A stretch of 64,000 bases of DNA from Emergencia sp. (GTDB lineage: Bacteria; Bacillota; Clostridia; Peptostreptococcales; Anaerovoracaceae): assembly GCA_051883055.1 (NCBI GenBank), contig JBJESZ010000012.1, forward strand, positions 6,844-70,843. Direction: 5' to 3'. Of this stretch, positions 31,906-40,466 are shown one piece after another. A program made the position numbers and the translations under genes. The notes under the pieces were generated by a model. That model had not been told where the DNA came from, did not search any database, and saw only the letters and a program-made list of their open reading frames with translations. The stretch's first letter is position 1, and each line of letters begins with the position of its first letter.

Positions 31906-32379
31906 ATGGAACGCGTCAACAGAATATGGAGTCATCCTCTCTTTCAGGAGCATTATCAAAACCTCCAGACCGAGGAATCAACTCGTATTTTCTGCCGTCA
32001 CGGTCTGGAACATCTTCTGGCCGTTGCAAGGCTCATGTATATCAGAAATCTTGAGGAAGGCGCAGAACTGCCAAAGCATGTGATTTACGGAGCTGCGATT
32101 ATTCACGATATAGGCAGGTTTATTCAGACTGATGAAGGAATACCACACAATGAGGCCGGGGCTGATCTTGCTGAAGCTATCCTGCCTGAGTGCGGTTTTT
32201 CTGAGGCGGAGTCAGCTTTGATAGCTGAGGCTGTTCGTGATCATCGCAGAGGAAGTGAAAGCCGACTGGGAAGATACCTTTATGATGCAGACAAGCAGTC
32301 CAGATGCTGCTTTTCCTGTGATGCCCGGAAAGAATGCAACTGGCCGGACGAAAAGAAAAACCTTAAGATTACAGAATAG
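31906..32379 (+). CDS. HD-domain phosphohydrolase within the folate operon
   Basis: RHGLEH...IIHDIGR...H...DHR...DADK HD signature plus a C-terminal CxxC..C motif; abuts the folE stop codon. Confidence 0.85.
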   Translation: MERVNRIWSHPLFQEHYQNLQTEESTRIFCRHGLEHLLAVARLMYIRNLEEGAELPKHVIYGAAIIHDIGRFIQTDEGIPHNEAGADLAEAILPECGFSEAESALIAEAVRDHRRGSESRLGRYLYDADKQSRCCFSCDARKECNWPDEKKNLKITE

Positions 32380-32397
32380 AAAGAAAAAGGTGAAAAA

Positions 32398-33204
32398 ATG
32401 ATTATTGGAAACAGAGATTTTGACACAGCAAACAACTGTTATATTATGGGGATACTGAATGTTACACCGGATTCATTTTCAGATGGTGGAAAGTTTAATT
32501 CTTTAGACAATGCACTTTTCCACGCAGAGGAAATGATTAAGGAGGGGGCTGACATTATTGATATCGGCGGCGAATCTACCAGACCGGGTCATCAGGTTAT
32601 CACCTCTGATGAGGAAATTGCAAGGGTTGTACCTGTAATTGAAGCGGTGAAGAGTCGTTTTGACATTCCTGTATCTATTGATACCTATAAGGGTGATGTC
32701 ACTGAAGCAGCTCTTCAGGCAGGTGCTGACCTTGTAAACGATATTTGGGGATTCAAGCATGATTTTCGCGTTGCTGAGCTTACTGCAGAATACGGAGCAG
32801 CCTGCTGTCTGATGCACAATCGCAATGAGGCTGTTTATGAAGATTTTCAGAGGGACTTCCTGGCTGATATGGAGGAGTGCGTTGCCATTGCCAGAAAAGC
32901 CGGAGTGGCTGACGACAGAATTATTCTTGACCCGGGTGTAGGTTTCGGTAAGACTTATGAAATGAATCTGGAAATAATCAACCATCTGGAAATTTTAAAT
33001 ACACTTGGCTTCCCTGTGCTTCTTGGAACATCAAGGAAATCTGTAATTGGTAACACACTTGATTTACCTACTGACCAGAGAGTTGAGGGAACTCTGGTGA
33101 CTACTGTGATGGGTGTGATGAAGGGATGCTCATTTGTTCGTGTGCATGATGTTAAGGAAAATCTTCGCACTGTTAAAATGACTAAGGCTATTCTAAGCAG
33201 ATAA
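32398..33204 (+). CDS. folP: Dihydropteroate synthase
   Basis: MGILNVTPDSFSDGG, DIGGESTRPG, LDPGVGFGK, SRKS, VRVHDV. Confidence 0.98.
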   Translation: MIIGNRDFDTANNCYIMGILNVTPDSFSDGGKFNSLDNALFHAEEMIKEGADIIDIGGESTRPGHQVITSDEEIARVVPVIEAVKSRFDIPVSIDTYKGDVTEAALQAGADLVNDIWGFKHDFRVAELTAEYGAACCLMHNRNEAVYEDFQRDFLADMEECVAIARKAGVADDRIILDPGVGFGKTYEMNLEIINHLEILNTLGFPVLLGTSRKSVIGNTLDLPTDQRVEGTLVTTVMGVMKGCSFVRVHDVKENLRTVKMTKAILSR

Positions 33205-33216
33205 AGTGAGATTACT

Positions 33217-34029
33217 ATGGATAAAATTACAATTAAGAATCTGGAAGTATTCGCTAATCACGGAGTATTTCCTGAAGAAAATGTACTTGGGCAAAAGTTT
33301 GTGATAACTGCTGTAATGCATACTGATACCCGCAAGGCCGGTATGACAGATAATCTGGAACAGTCCATTCATTACGGAGAGGTTAGTCACTTTATTAAAA
33401 AGCATGTTGAAAGCCATACCTTTATGCTGATTGAACGTGTGGCAGAAACTCTTGCAGAGGCACTTTTACTCGAATATCCGTTAATGGAAAAAGTAGAGAT
33501 TGAGATTGCCAAACCCTGGGCACCTGTAGGACTGCCCCTTGAGACTGTTTCTGTAAGTATATGTCGTGGATGGCATACTGCATATGTTGCACTTGGTTCA
33601 AATATAGGGGACACTAAAGGATACCTTGATGGTGCAGTTGAAAAGCTTAACAGCCTTGATACCTGTGAAGTCGTAAAAGTTGCTGACTATATTGAAACCG
33701 AACCTTATGGAGGAGTGGAGCAGGATAATTTCCTTAACAGCGCTCTTGAGCTCAGGACTTTGCTTACACCGGAAGAGCTTCTGGAACAGCTTCACGTAAT
33801 TGAACAGGAGGCGCACAGAGAACGGATTGTTCGCTGGGGACCGAGAACACTGGATCTGGATATCCTCCTGTACGATGATATAATTCTCGATACAGATGAG
33901 CTTCATATTCCTCATGTTGATATGCATAAGAGAAGCTTTGTTCTTGATTCAATGGTGCAGCTTGCACCTTACAAGAAACACCCTGTTCTGGGTGAGACCA
34001 TGCTGGGGCTGAGGGAAAAGCTGGACTAG
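33217..34029 (+). CDS. folK: Bifunctional dihydroneopterin aldolase / HPPK (FolB-FolK fusion)
   Basis: N-terminal ANHGVFPEE...GQKF (FolB); C-terminal ALGSNIG, QDNFLN, RWGPRTLDLDIL, IPH (FolK). Confidence 0.95.
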   Translation: MDKITIKNLEVFANHGVFPEENVLGQKFVITAVMHTDTRKAGMTDNLEQSIHYGEVSHFIKKHVESHTFMLIERVAETLAEALLLEYPLMEKVEIEIAKPWAPVGLPLETVSVSICRGWHTAYVALGSNIGDTKGYLDGAVEKLNSLDTCEVVKVADYIETEPYGGVEQDNFLNSALELRTLLTPEELLEQLHVIEQEAHRERIVRWGPRTLDLDILLYDDIILDTDELHIPHVDMHKRSFVLDSMVQLAPYKKHPVLGETMLGLREKLD

Positions 34030-34101
34030 CGGACTCTACGTTCCGTAGGTACACACATGTCTGACGTCATGTTAATATCTTTACGAAGGGAGATGAGAAA
34101 T

Positions 34102-34716
34102 ATGAATCAGTATGTAACAGGTGCTATAATTAAAAAGCTTCGTGAAGAAAAGAAAATGACTCAGCTTGAGCTTGCTGACAAGCTGTGCGTAAGTGAAAAG
34201 ACTGTTTCCAAATGGGAGAACGGAAAAGGGTATCCGGACATTGCCATTCTGGAGGATATAGCCGCTTCACTTGGAATCTCAGTCATTGAACTTATGGCAG
34301 GAAATGATATCAGAAACAGCAATCGTTCCTTTAATATGGCACGTTTAAAGTTTTACGTGTGTCCTATATGCGGAAACGTTATATGGGCTACAGGAGAAGC
34401 AGTAATCAGCTGCTGTGGTGTGGTTCTTCCGCCTCTTGAGGCAGAAACACCGGATGAAGAGCATTCTCTCGCCATTGAGAATGTGGAGGATGAGTATTAT
34501 ATTACCTGCAGGCATCCTATGACAAAGAGTCACTATATTTCATTCTTTGCCGCAGTAAAGGACAACTGTGTGGAAATTGTAAAACAGTATCCGGAAAGTG
34601 ATGCCGAATGCAGGTTTAAGAGAAGCCGTACAAAGGATATCTACTATTACTGCAATAAGCATGGACTGTACAGGATGACAGTAAAGAAAAACAAAATGGA
34701 AGAAAATAAAATCTGA
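34102..34716 (+). CDS. XRE-family HTH regulator fused to desulfoferrodoxin/superoxide-reductase-like domains
   Basis: HTH_3 (MTQLELADKLCVSEKTVSKWENGKGYPD), CPICGN...SCCG (desulforedoxin site), EEH...HPMTKSHYI...YCNKHGL (SOR centre II); start moved to ATG 34102. Confidence 0.85.
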   Translation: MNQYVTGAIIKKLREEKKMTQLELADKLCVSEKTVSKWENGKGYPDIAILEDIAASLGISVIELMAGNDIRNSNRSFNMARLKFYVCPICGNVIWATGEAVISCCGVVLPPLEAETPDEEHSLAIENVEDEYYITCRHPMTKSHYISFFAAVKDNCVEIVKQYPESDAECRFKRSRTKDIYYYCNKHGLYRMTVKKNKMEENKI

Positions 34717-34741
34717 ATCGGCAGATGATTCAGCATGATTC

Positions 34742-34793
34742 AAGACACTTCAGAGCAGCTGGTCTTTCACTACTGCAGTGAAGTGTCTTTTTC
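34742..34793 (+). terminator. Intrinsic terminator after the XRE fusion gene
   Basis: aagacacttca...tgaagtgtctt followed by a T run. Confidence 0.65.
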
Positions 34794-34880
34794 TATACAA
34801 ATTCCATGTTTTGTCCACAAATTTCTTGAAGAATAAATGGTAATATTGTAAAATTCTAGTGTATGTAAAGGAGAAGTTTT

Positions 34881-35351
34881 ATGAAAAAGCGAACATGGAT
34901 AGCTGCATCAGTACTGTTGTTTGCAATCTGGATATTCCTCTCAGGAAGATTCGAGGTTAAGTTTCTGATGTACGGCGCAGCGGCATCTGTCCTTGCGGGA
35001 TGGATCTTTGCAAAGATAAACGATGAAATGGGAATAAGTATCCCTGCATTTATCAGATACTTTTTCTGGCTTGTTAAGGAAATAATCAAGTCAGCATGGG
35101 ATATCACGAAGGTTGTATTAAGTCCGAAAATGAATATCAATCCACATCTTATTGAATTCGATCTGGATTATGGAAGTGATGCTGCGGCCACAATGCTGGC
35201 TAATTCAATAACTCTGACGCCCGGAACGGTAACCGTTGATATCAGGGACAGCAAACACTTTGTAGTGCACGCTCTGACAGATGCAGCAGCCGAAGGCCTG
35301 CTTGAGGGTACCATGCAGAGAAAAGTTGCGGAGGTCTTTAAGAAAAAATGA
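34881..35351 (+). CDS. mrpE: Mrp/Mnh antiporter subunit E
   Basis: LANSITLTPGTVTVD, VHAL. Confidence 0.92.
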   Translation: MKKRTWIAASVLLFAIWIFLSGRFEVKFLMYGAAASVLAGWIFAKINDEMGISIPAFIRYFFWLVKEIIKSAWDITKVVLSPKMNINPHLIEFDLDYGSDAAATMLANSITLTPGTVTVDIRDSKHFVVHALTDAAAEGLLEGTMQRKVAEVFKKK

Positions 35352-35623
35352 CTACTTTTTTTTATATACTGCTCATTGCAGTTATAATTACAATTGCCAT
35401 AATGGTAATATGCGTACTACGCGGTCCGTCCACATTTGACCGATTAAACGGTATCTTCGTTATCGGGACGGACATAATCGCCGGACTGCTTATAATCGGA
35501 CTGATAGACGGACGGCTTGATATGTATATAGATATAGCTATTTCCTACGCTGTTCTGGGATTTCTCGGAACCGTTTTTATTGCAAACTTCCTGAAAGGAG
35601 GTAACCGCAAAAATGGCAGATAA
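35348..35623 (+). CDS. mrpF: Mrp/Mnh antiporter subunit F
   Basis: RGPSTFDR, YIDIAISYAVLGFLGT. Confidence 0.9.
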   Translation: MTTFFYILLIAVIITIAIMVICVLRGPSTFDRLNGIFVIGTDIIAGLLIIGLIDGRLDMYIDIAISYAVLGFLGTVFIANFLKGGNRKNGR

Positions 35624-35951
35624 TATCAGAATGTTCTTTGCGGCAGCTTTCCTCATTGCAGGAGTTGTATTCCTGTTCATTTCTGCAGTGGGAGTGCTGC
35701 GGCTGCCTGAATTCGTTTCCAGACTTCACTCCTCGGGAATAGGTGAGACTCTTGGTATGATACTGCTTGGAACCGGAATTATTATTTATACAGGCTTGAC
35801 ACTGCTGTCTGTAAAAGTACTGTTTATTATACTGGCAATGTTTCTGGTAAATCCTGTAGGAACACACCTTATAGGAAAGGCGGCACTCTACAGTGACAGG
35901 AAAAGATTTGAAAATATCGGGAGGGATGAAGATGCAGATACTGCTGATTGA
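35613..35951 (+). CDS. mrpG: Mrp/Mnh antiporter subunit G
   Basis: GVLRLPEFVSRLH, NPVGTHLI. Confidence 0.9.
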   Translation: MADNIRMFFAAAFLIAGVVFLFISAVGVLRLPEFVSRLHSSGIGETLGMILLGTGIIIYTGLTLLSVKVLFIILAMFLVNPVGTHLIGKAALYSDRKRFENIGRDEDADTAD

Positions 35952-36177
35952 GGCGTTGATACTTCTGCTTTTGATAGCCATTACTATTGCAATTATTTTT
36001 GACCAGGATCTGCTGGCATGTGCAGTAATATACTGTGCATTCAGCTTCTGCACCATGTTTCTGTATATTATCATGGGAGCACCTGACGTTGCATTCACGG
36101 AGGCTGTTATCGGTGTTGTTTCAACTATTTACTTCGTGATAGCAATAAGAACTACTGACAGGCGGTGCAGACTATGA
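35932..36177 (+). CDS. DUF4040 subunit (MrpA C-terminal / MbhD-like)
   Basis: GAPDVAFTEAVIG; start moved to ATG 35932 (SD GGGAGG). Confidence 0.85.
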   Translation: MQILLIEALILLLLIAITIAIIFDQDLLACAVIYCAFSFCTMFLYIIMGAPDVAFTEAVIGVVSTIYFVIAIRTTDRRCRL

Positions 36178-36935
36178 AGAAAAAGAGTATGATTATCGGA
36201 CTTGTCTGTGTCATTGTTATGTGCATTCTGACCTGGAAAGTGACTGTTCTTCTTCCGAGCATCGGCGATCCCGCGTCGGCACCGAACACGCATGTATCCG
36301 ATGTATATGTTGAAGAAGGCCCTAAGGAGACCAACGCGCCTAATATGGTAACCGGAGTGCTTGCCGACTACAGAGGCTTCGATACTCTCTGGGAAACTAC
36401 TGTTATGTTTCTTGCCGGAATTGCTGTTATGCTTATTCTTTCAAACAAGCTGAAGAGACACTGGGATCCGAAGGATTTCAATGAGGTGGGGGATTTCGGC
36501 GGAATAAACGCCAGAATGGTAATGCCGCTGCTTATTCCATTTCTGATTCTATATGCAATATATATTCTGATGCACGGTGAAGTCAGTCTTGGAGGTGGAT
36601 TCCAGGCGGGTGCACTTATTGCGATAGCATTTATTCTGTATGCGTCAGTTGCCGGAATGCAGCTGAAAAAAGTTAAATTCACTCAGTATTTTACAGCCTG
36701 TATCGGAGCTTCGGGGGTGGCAATATACGCCTTAACCGGTTTGATTCCAATGCTTTGCGGCGGAAGATTCCTGGAGTACGAGAAGCTTCCTGTTCACATG
36801 GAGCATATTGCCGAGCTGCATTCAATAGGTATTCTTCTTATCGAAATAGGAGTTACCTTAACCGTTGCTGCAACGATAATAATTATTCTGGCTGCTGTTC
36901 TGGAAAGGAAAGGGTTAAATGACAGTATTAAATAA
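36174..36935 (+). CDS. mrpB: Mrp subunit B (MbhE-like plus MnhB domains)
   Basis: PNMVTGVLADYRGFDTLWET, HGEVSLGGGFQAG; ATGA overlap with the previous gene. Confidence 0.88.
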   Translation: MKKKSMIIGLVCVIVMCILTWKVTVLLPSIGDPASAPNTHVSDVYVEEGPKETNAPNMVTGVLADYRGFDTLWETTVMFLAGIAVMLILSNKLKRHWDPKDFNEVGDFGGINARMVMPLLIPFLILYAIYILMHGEVSLGGGFQAGALIAIAFILYASVAGMQLKKVKFTQYFTACIGASGVAIYALTGLIPMLCGGRFLEYEKLPVHMEHIAELHSIGILLIEIGVTLTVAATIIIILAAVLERKGLNDSIK

Positions 36936-37296
36936 TTTTCTCGCAGAAAAGGGAATATATATGCTCGTTGCCATCCTGTTTTTCCTTGGAATGTACGGTA
37001 TGGCAGTCTGCCGAAACTATATGAAAAAGCTGATCTGCATGAACATAATGCAGGTGGCGGTAATCTTCTTCTTTTTGTGCTTTGGTCAGAAAACAGGAGG
37101 AACTATCCCGGTAAGCTTTGGAGATTATGCTGCCAATGAGGATTATATCAATCCGCTTCCTCACGCACTCATGCTTACCGCAATAGTTGTCAGCCTGGGT
37201 ACTACCGGAGTGGGACTTGCACTTCTGATGAGAATGAAGGATAAATATGGTTCTATGGAAGAAGAGGACATAATGGAAAAGGAGGACGATAGATGA
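36919..37296 (+). CDS. mrpC: Mrp/Mnh antiporter subunit C
   Basis: NYMKKLI, NPLPHALMLTAIVV. Confidence 0.92.
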   Translation: MTVLNNFLAEKGIYMLVAILFFLGMYGMAVCRNYMKKLICMNIMQVAVIFFFLCFGQKTGGTIPVSFGDYAANEDYINPLPHALMLTAIVVSLGTTGVGLALLMRMKDKYGSMEEEDIMEKEDDR

Positions 37297-38771
37297 TAGC
37301 TGAAAATCTTCCTATTCTGATCGTTATTCTGCCTCTGTTTGCGGCTCTGCTGTGTCCCGTAATCGGACATTTTCAGCGTGTACTTGCAAAGTGGCTGGTT
37401 GTCGCAGCCATAAGCTGTTCCTTCGTGTTTGCGGTATGGCAGCTGAAGACAGTAATCGAAGCAGGAGTCATTCACTATAACTTCGGCCGGTGGGACACAC
37501 CATACGGCATAGAATTCGTTGTCGACCCCCTTAACGCGTGCATAATAGTTCTGGTGGGCTTCATGGGTATGCTGAGTGCATTCTTCGGCATGGCCTTCGT
37601 AAAGCATCAAAGCCGACTGAAGGGCAACGGCTTTTATACCGTTCTTGCACTCCTCGTAACCGGACTTCTCGGAATGAGCTCAACAGGAGATCTGTTCAAT
37701 CTATACGTATTTCTGGAGATTACATCTCTGTCAGGATATACCCTGATCGCGCTTGGAAGTGATAAAGGCGTTATTTCCGCATTCAGATATCTGCTTATCG
37801 GTACTATAGGCGCGTCCTTCTATCTGATAGGAGTAGCTTTCATATATGCTCGTACGGGATCCCTTAACATGGCCGATGTTTCATTGCTGTTAACAGGAAC
37901 CGAGTTCGCCGGAACAGTACTTGCGGCATCTGTCTGCTTTATTATAGCTTTCGGAATAAAAATGGCTTTATTCCCTCTTCATGGCTGGCAGCCTGCAGCA
38001 TATTCCAATTCACATCCTGCTGCGACAGCTCTGATATCCGGAGTGATGGGAAAAATTCCTGCTTATGCCATGGTCAGATTCTTTTACTTTGTTTTTATAG
38101 GGCAGAGAGAAGCTCTGGGGGTTTTGATGACAGCAGTCGGCGTAATGGGAGCTGCAGGAATGATATACGGTTCGCTGATTGCCATGAAACAGAATGACAT
38201 AAGAAAGATGCTTGCCTACTCGAGCGTGGCTCAGATGGGTTACATAGCCGTAGGAGTGGCAATAGGAAACTACTACGGGCTGATTGGAAGTGTGATGCAT
38301 ATTGTAGGTCATTCACTGATGAAGGGCGGTCTGTTTTTTGCAGTTGGCGGACTGATGTACAAATATGGAAGCTCCAGTATGAATGAAATCGGCCAGCTGT
38401 ATCGCAGAATGCCTAAGACAGTTATCACCATAGTAATAGGAGCTTTATCCATGGTGGGTATTCCTCCTACTGCCGGATTTTTCAGCAAGTGGTATCTGGC
38501 TCTTGGTGCATGTGAAAGCGGACAGTACTGGTATGTGGCAGTTCTTGTGATAAGCAGCCTGCTGAACGCAGTATATTTCTTCAGGCTTCTTGAAAAGATT
38601 TTTATGGATAGTGAAATGAGCTGCGAGAACAGAATGTGGGATCGCAGAGGAGAACTTCCATGGACGATGATGCTGCCTGTTATCTTATGCGGTCTTGGAA
38701 TAATTCTGGTAGGAATCTTTAACACGGAAATAGCCGGAATATTTGGATCCGCTTTACAGGGGGTGGTTTAA
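37293..38771 (+). CDS. mrpD: MrpD/NuoN-type proton-conducting membrane subunit (1 of 3)
   Basis: TGDLFNLYVFLEI, IKMALFPLHGW, KMLAYSS, GIPPTAGFFSKW. Confidence 0.9.
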   Translation: MIAENLPILIVILPLFAALLCPVIGHFQRVLAKWLVVAAISCSFVFAVWQLKTVIEAGVIHYNFGRWDTPYGIEFVVDPLNACIIVLVGFMGMLSAFFGMAFVKHQSRLKGNGFYTVLALLVTGLLGMSSTGDLFNLYVFLEITSLSGYTLIALGSDKGVISAFRYLLIGTIGASFYLIGVAFIYARTGSLNMADVSLLLTGTEFAGTVLAASVCFIIAFGIKMALFPLHGWQPAAYSNSHPAATALISGVMGKIPAYAMVRFFYFVFIGQREALGVLMTAVGVMGAAGMIYGSLIAMKQNDIRKMLAYSSVAQMGYIAVGVAIGNYYGLIGSVMHIVGHSLMKGGLFFAVGGLMYKYGSSSMNEIGQLYRRMPKTVITIVIGALSMVGIPPTAGFFSKWYLALGACESGQYWYVAVLVISSLLNAVYFFRLLEKIFMDSEMSCENRMWDRRGELPWTMMLPVILCGLGIILVGIFNTEIAGIFGSALQGVV

Positions 38772-38772
38772 T

Positions 38773-40302
38773 ATGACAAGTATTATGGAAACCATTATGA
38801 ACCTTAAACCTGTAATAGCAGTTGGTATTCCAATGTTTGCAGCCGCATTAATAATGGTTTGCGGTGATAAAGTAAGACCTAATACAAGGGAATCTGTGAC
38901 GATAGCGGCAAGCATTCTTATGGCTGTAACCGTATTCTCTATGGCGCTTCCTGTGCTGGCAGGAAAAACATGGGATATCACCGTTATGGAGATTGCTGAC
39001 GGAATAAATCTTCACTTTAAGACTGATGCCATGGGTATGGTGTTCGCGTGCGTGGCATCCGGGCTATGGATTGTTACAAGCATATATTCTATCGGGTATA
39101 TGAGAGGGCACGGAGAAAAGAATCAGACAGGATACTTCGCTGCTTTTGCGATGTGTCTCTGCGGAGCAATCGGAATATGCTTTGCTGCCAATCTTCTGAC
39201 ATTTTTCATTTTCTATGAAATTCTGACGGTGGCAACATATCCCCTCGTCGTTCACTACCGTGACAACAAGGGCAGGAAATCAGGCAGAAAGTACCTTGCC
39301 TATACTCTGGCCAGCGGTCAGCTTTTCTTCGCCGGAATCGTGTATGTATACGCGCTTACAGGTACTACGGAATTTGTTGCCGGAGGATTCCTTCAGGGAA
39401 AGATTGAAGGCGGAGCAGCGCTTGTACTGTTTATGCTGATGATCGCAGGCGGTGCTGTAAAAGCCGGCGTAATGCCTCTTCACAGCTGGCTGCCTTCTGC
39501 CATGGTAGCGCCTACACCTGTAAGTGCACTGCTTCACGCAGTTGCAGTTGTTAAGGCGGGGGCATTCTGCGTTATCAGAGTAATGGGATATACCTTTGGT
39601 CCTGAACTCTGCAGAAGCTGTGGAGCGAGCAATATAATGTGCTGGCTGGCTGTTTTTACAATTCTTGTATCATCGCTGATTGCAATACAGAAGGACAACC
39701 TGAAGGCAAGACTGGCGTTTTCAACTGTAGGACAGCTTTCATATATTGTCCTTGGTGTGGCTGTAATGACACCGGCAGCTATGACCGGTGCCGTTTACCA
39801 TATAGTTGCCCATGCATGCATGAAGATTACTCTGTTTATGTGTGCCGGTGCTGTTTTCGTTACAACTCATAAGTCTGAGGTCAGTGAGATGAGAGGCTTA
39901 GGGCGCAGAATGCCTGTGACAATGGCAGTATTTACGGCTGCTTCACTTGGAATTGCGGGTATGCCGTTCCTTGTCGGATTTGTCAGCAAGATGAACATTA
40001 TGGCAGGAGCCCTTGAAGCAGGCAAACCTCTTTTTGCAGCAGTTCTGGTCGCAAGTGCACTGCTGTCACTGACATATCTTGTTCCGGTTTCCTATATGGC
40101 TTTCTCGAGTAAAAATGTGAATCCGGACTTTAAGGAATATAACATGGATATGAAGGGGGAAGCAGACTGGAAAATGCTTGTGCCTCTCGTAATTACCGCA
40201 GTATTAAGTGTAATACTGGGAGTAATGCCTAACTTTGGAGTCCATCTGCTTGACCTGGCTCAGGCAGCGGCAGAGGCTGTTTTTGAAGGAGGTATGATGT
40301 AA
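38773..40302 (+). CDS. MrpD/MrpA-type proton-conducting membrane subunit (2 of 3)
   Basis: FFIFYEIL, KAGVMPLHSWLPSAMVAPTPVSALLHAVAVVKAG, ARLAFST; start moved to ATG 38773. Confidence 0.88.
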   Translation: MTSIMETIMNLKPVIAVGIPMFAAALIMVCGDKVRPNTRESVTIAASILMAVTVFSMALPVLAGKTWDITVMEIADGINLHFKTDAMGMVFACVASGLWIVTSIYSIGYMRGHGEKNQTGYFAAFAMCLCGAIGICFAANLLTFFIFYEILTVATYPLVVHYRDNKGRKSGRKYLAYTLASGQLFFAGIVYVYALTGTTEFVAGGFLQGKIEGGAALVLFMLMIAGGAVKAGVMPLHSWLPSAMVAPTPVSALLHAVAVVKAGAFCVIRVMGYTFGPELCRSCGASNIMCWLAVFTILVSSLIAIQKDNLKARLAFSTVGQLSYIVLGVAVMTPAAMTGAVYHIVAHACMKITLFMCAGAVFVTTHKSEVSEMRGLGRRMPVTMAVFTAASLGIAGMPFLVGFVSKMNIMAGALEAGKPLFAAVLVASALLSLTYLVPVSYMAFSSKNVNPDFKEYNMDMKGEADWKMLVPLVITAVLSVILGVMPNFGVHLLDLAQAAAEAVFEGGMM

Positions 40303-40466
40303 TGGTTTTTATTGAATATCTCGCAGTGGGAATAGCCGGCAGCCTGGCTCTTGTGATTGTAGCCAAGGTTATAATGGCAAAGCTTCTTCAGAGAGATACA
40401 GATTATTATAAAGAGAGTGATTATCCGCTGGGTAACACGGAGGATGGAGGTGCGTATCATGATTAA
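40302..40466 (+). CDS. Small single-TM protein (54 aa) inside the mrp operon
   Basis: Not in the ORF track. MVFIEYLAVGIAGSLALVIVAKVIMAKLLQRDTDYYKESDYPLGNTEDGGAYHD; SD AAGGAGGT, TAATG overlap upstream, 8-bp overlap with the next gene. Confidence 0.8.
   Translation: MVFIEYLAVGIAGSLALVIVAKVIMAKLLQRDTDYYKESDYPLGNTEDGGAYHD

Noticed and set aside
34790-34880. Na+ or c-di-AMP riboswitch before the mrp operon
   Set aside because: The leader is short and AT-rich with no recognisable aptamer; the only hairpin is the upstream terminator.
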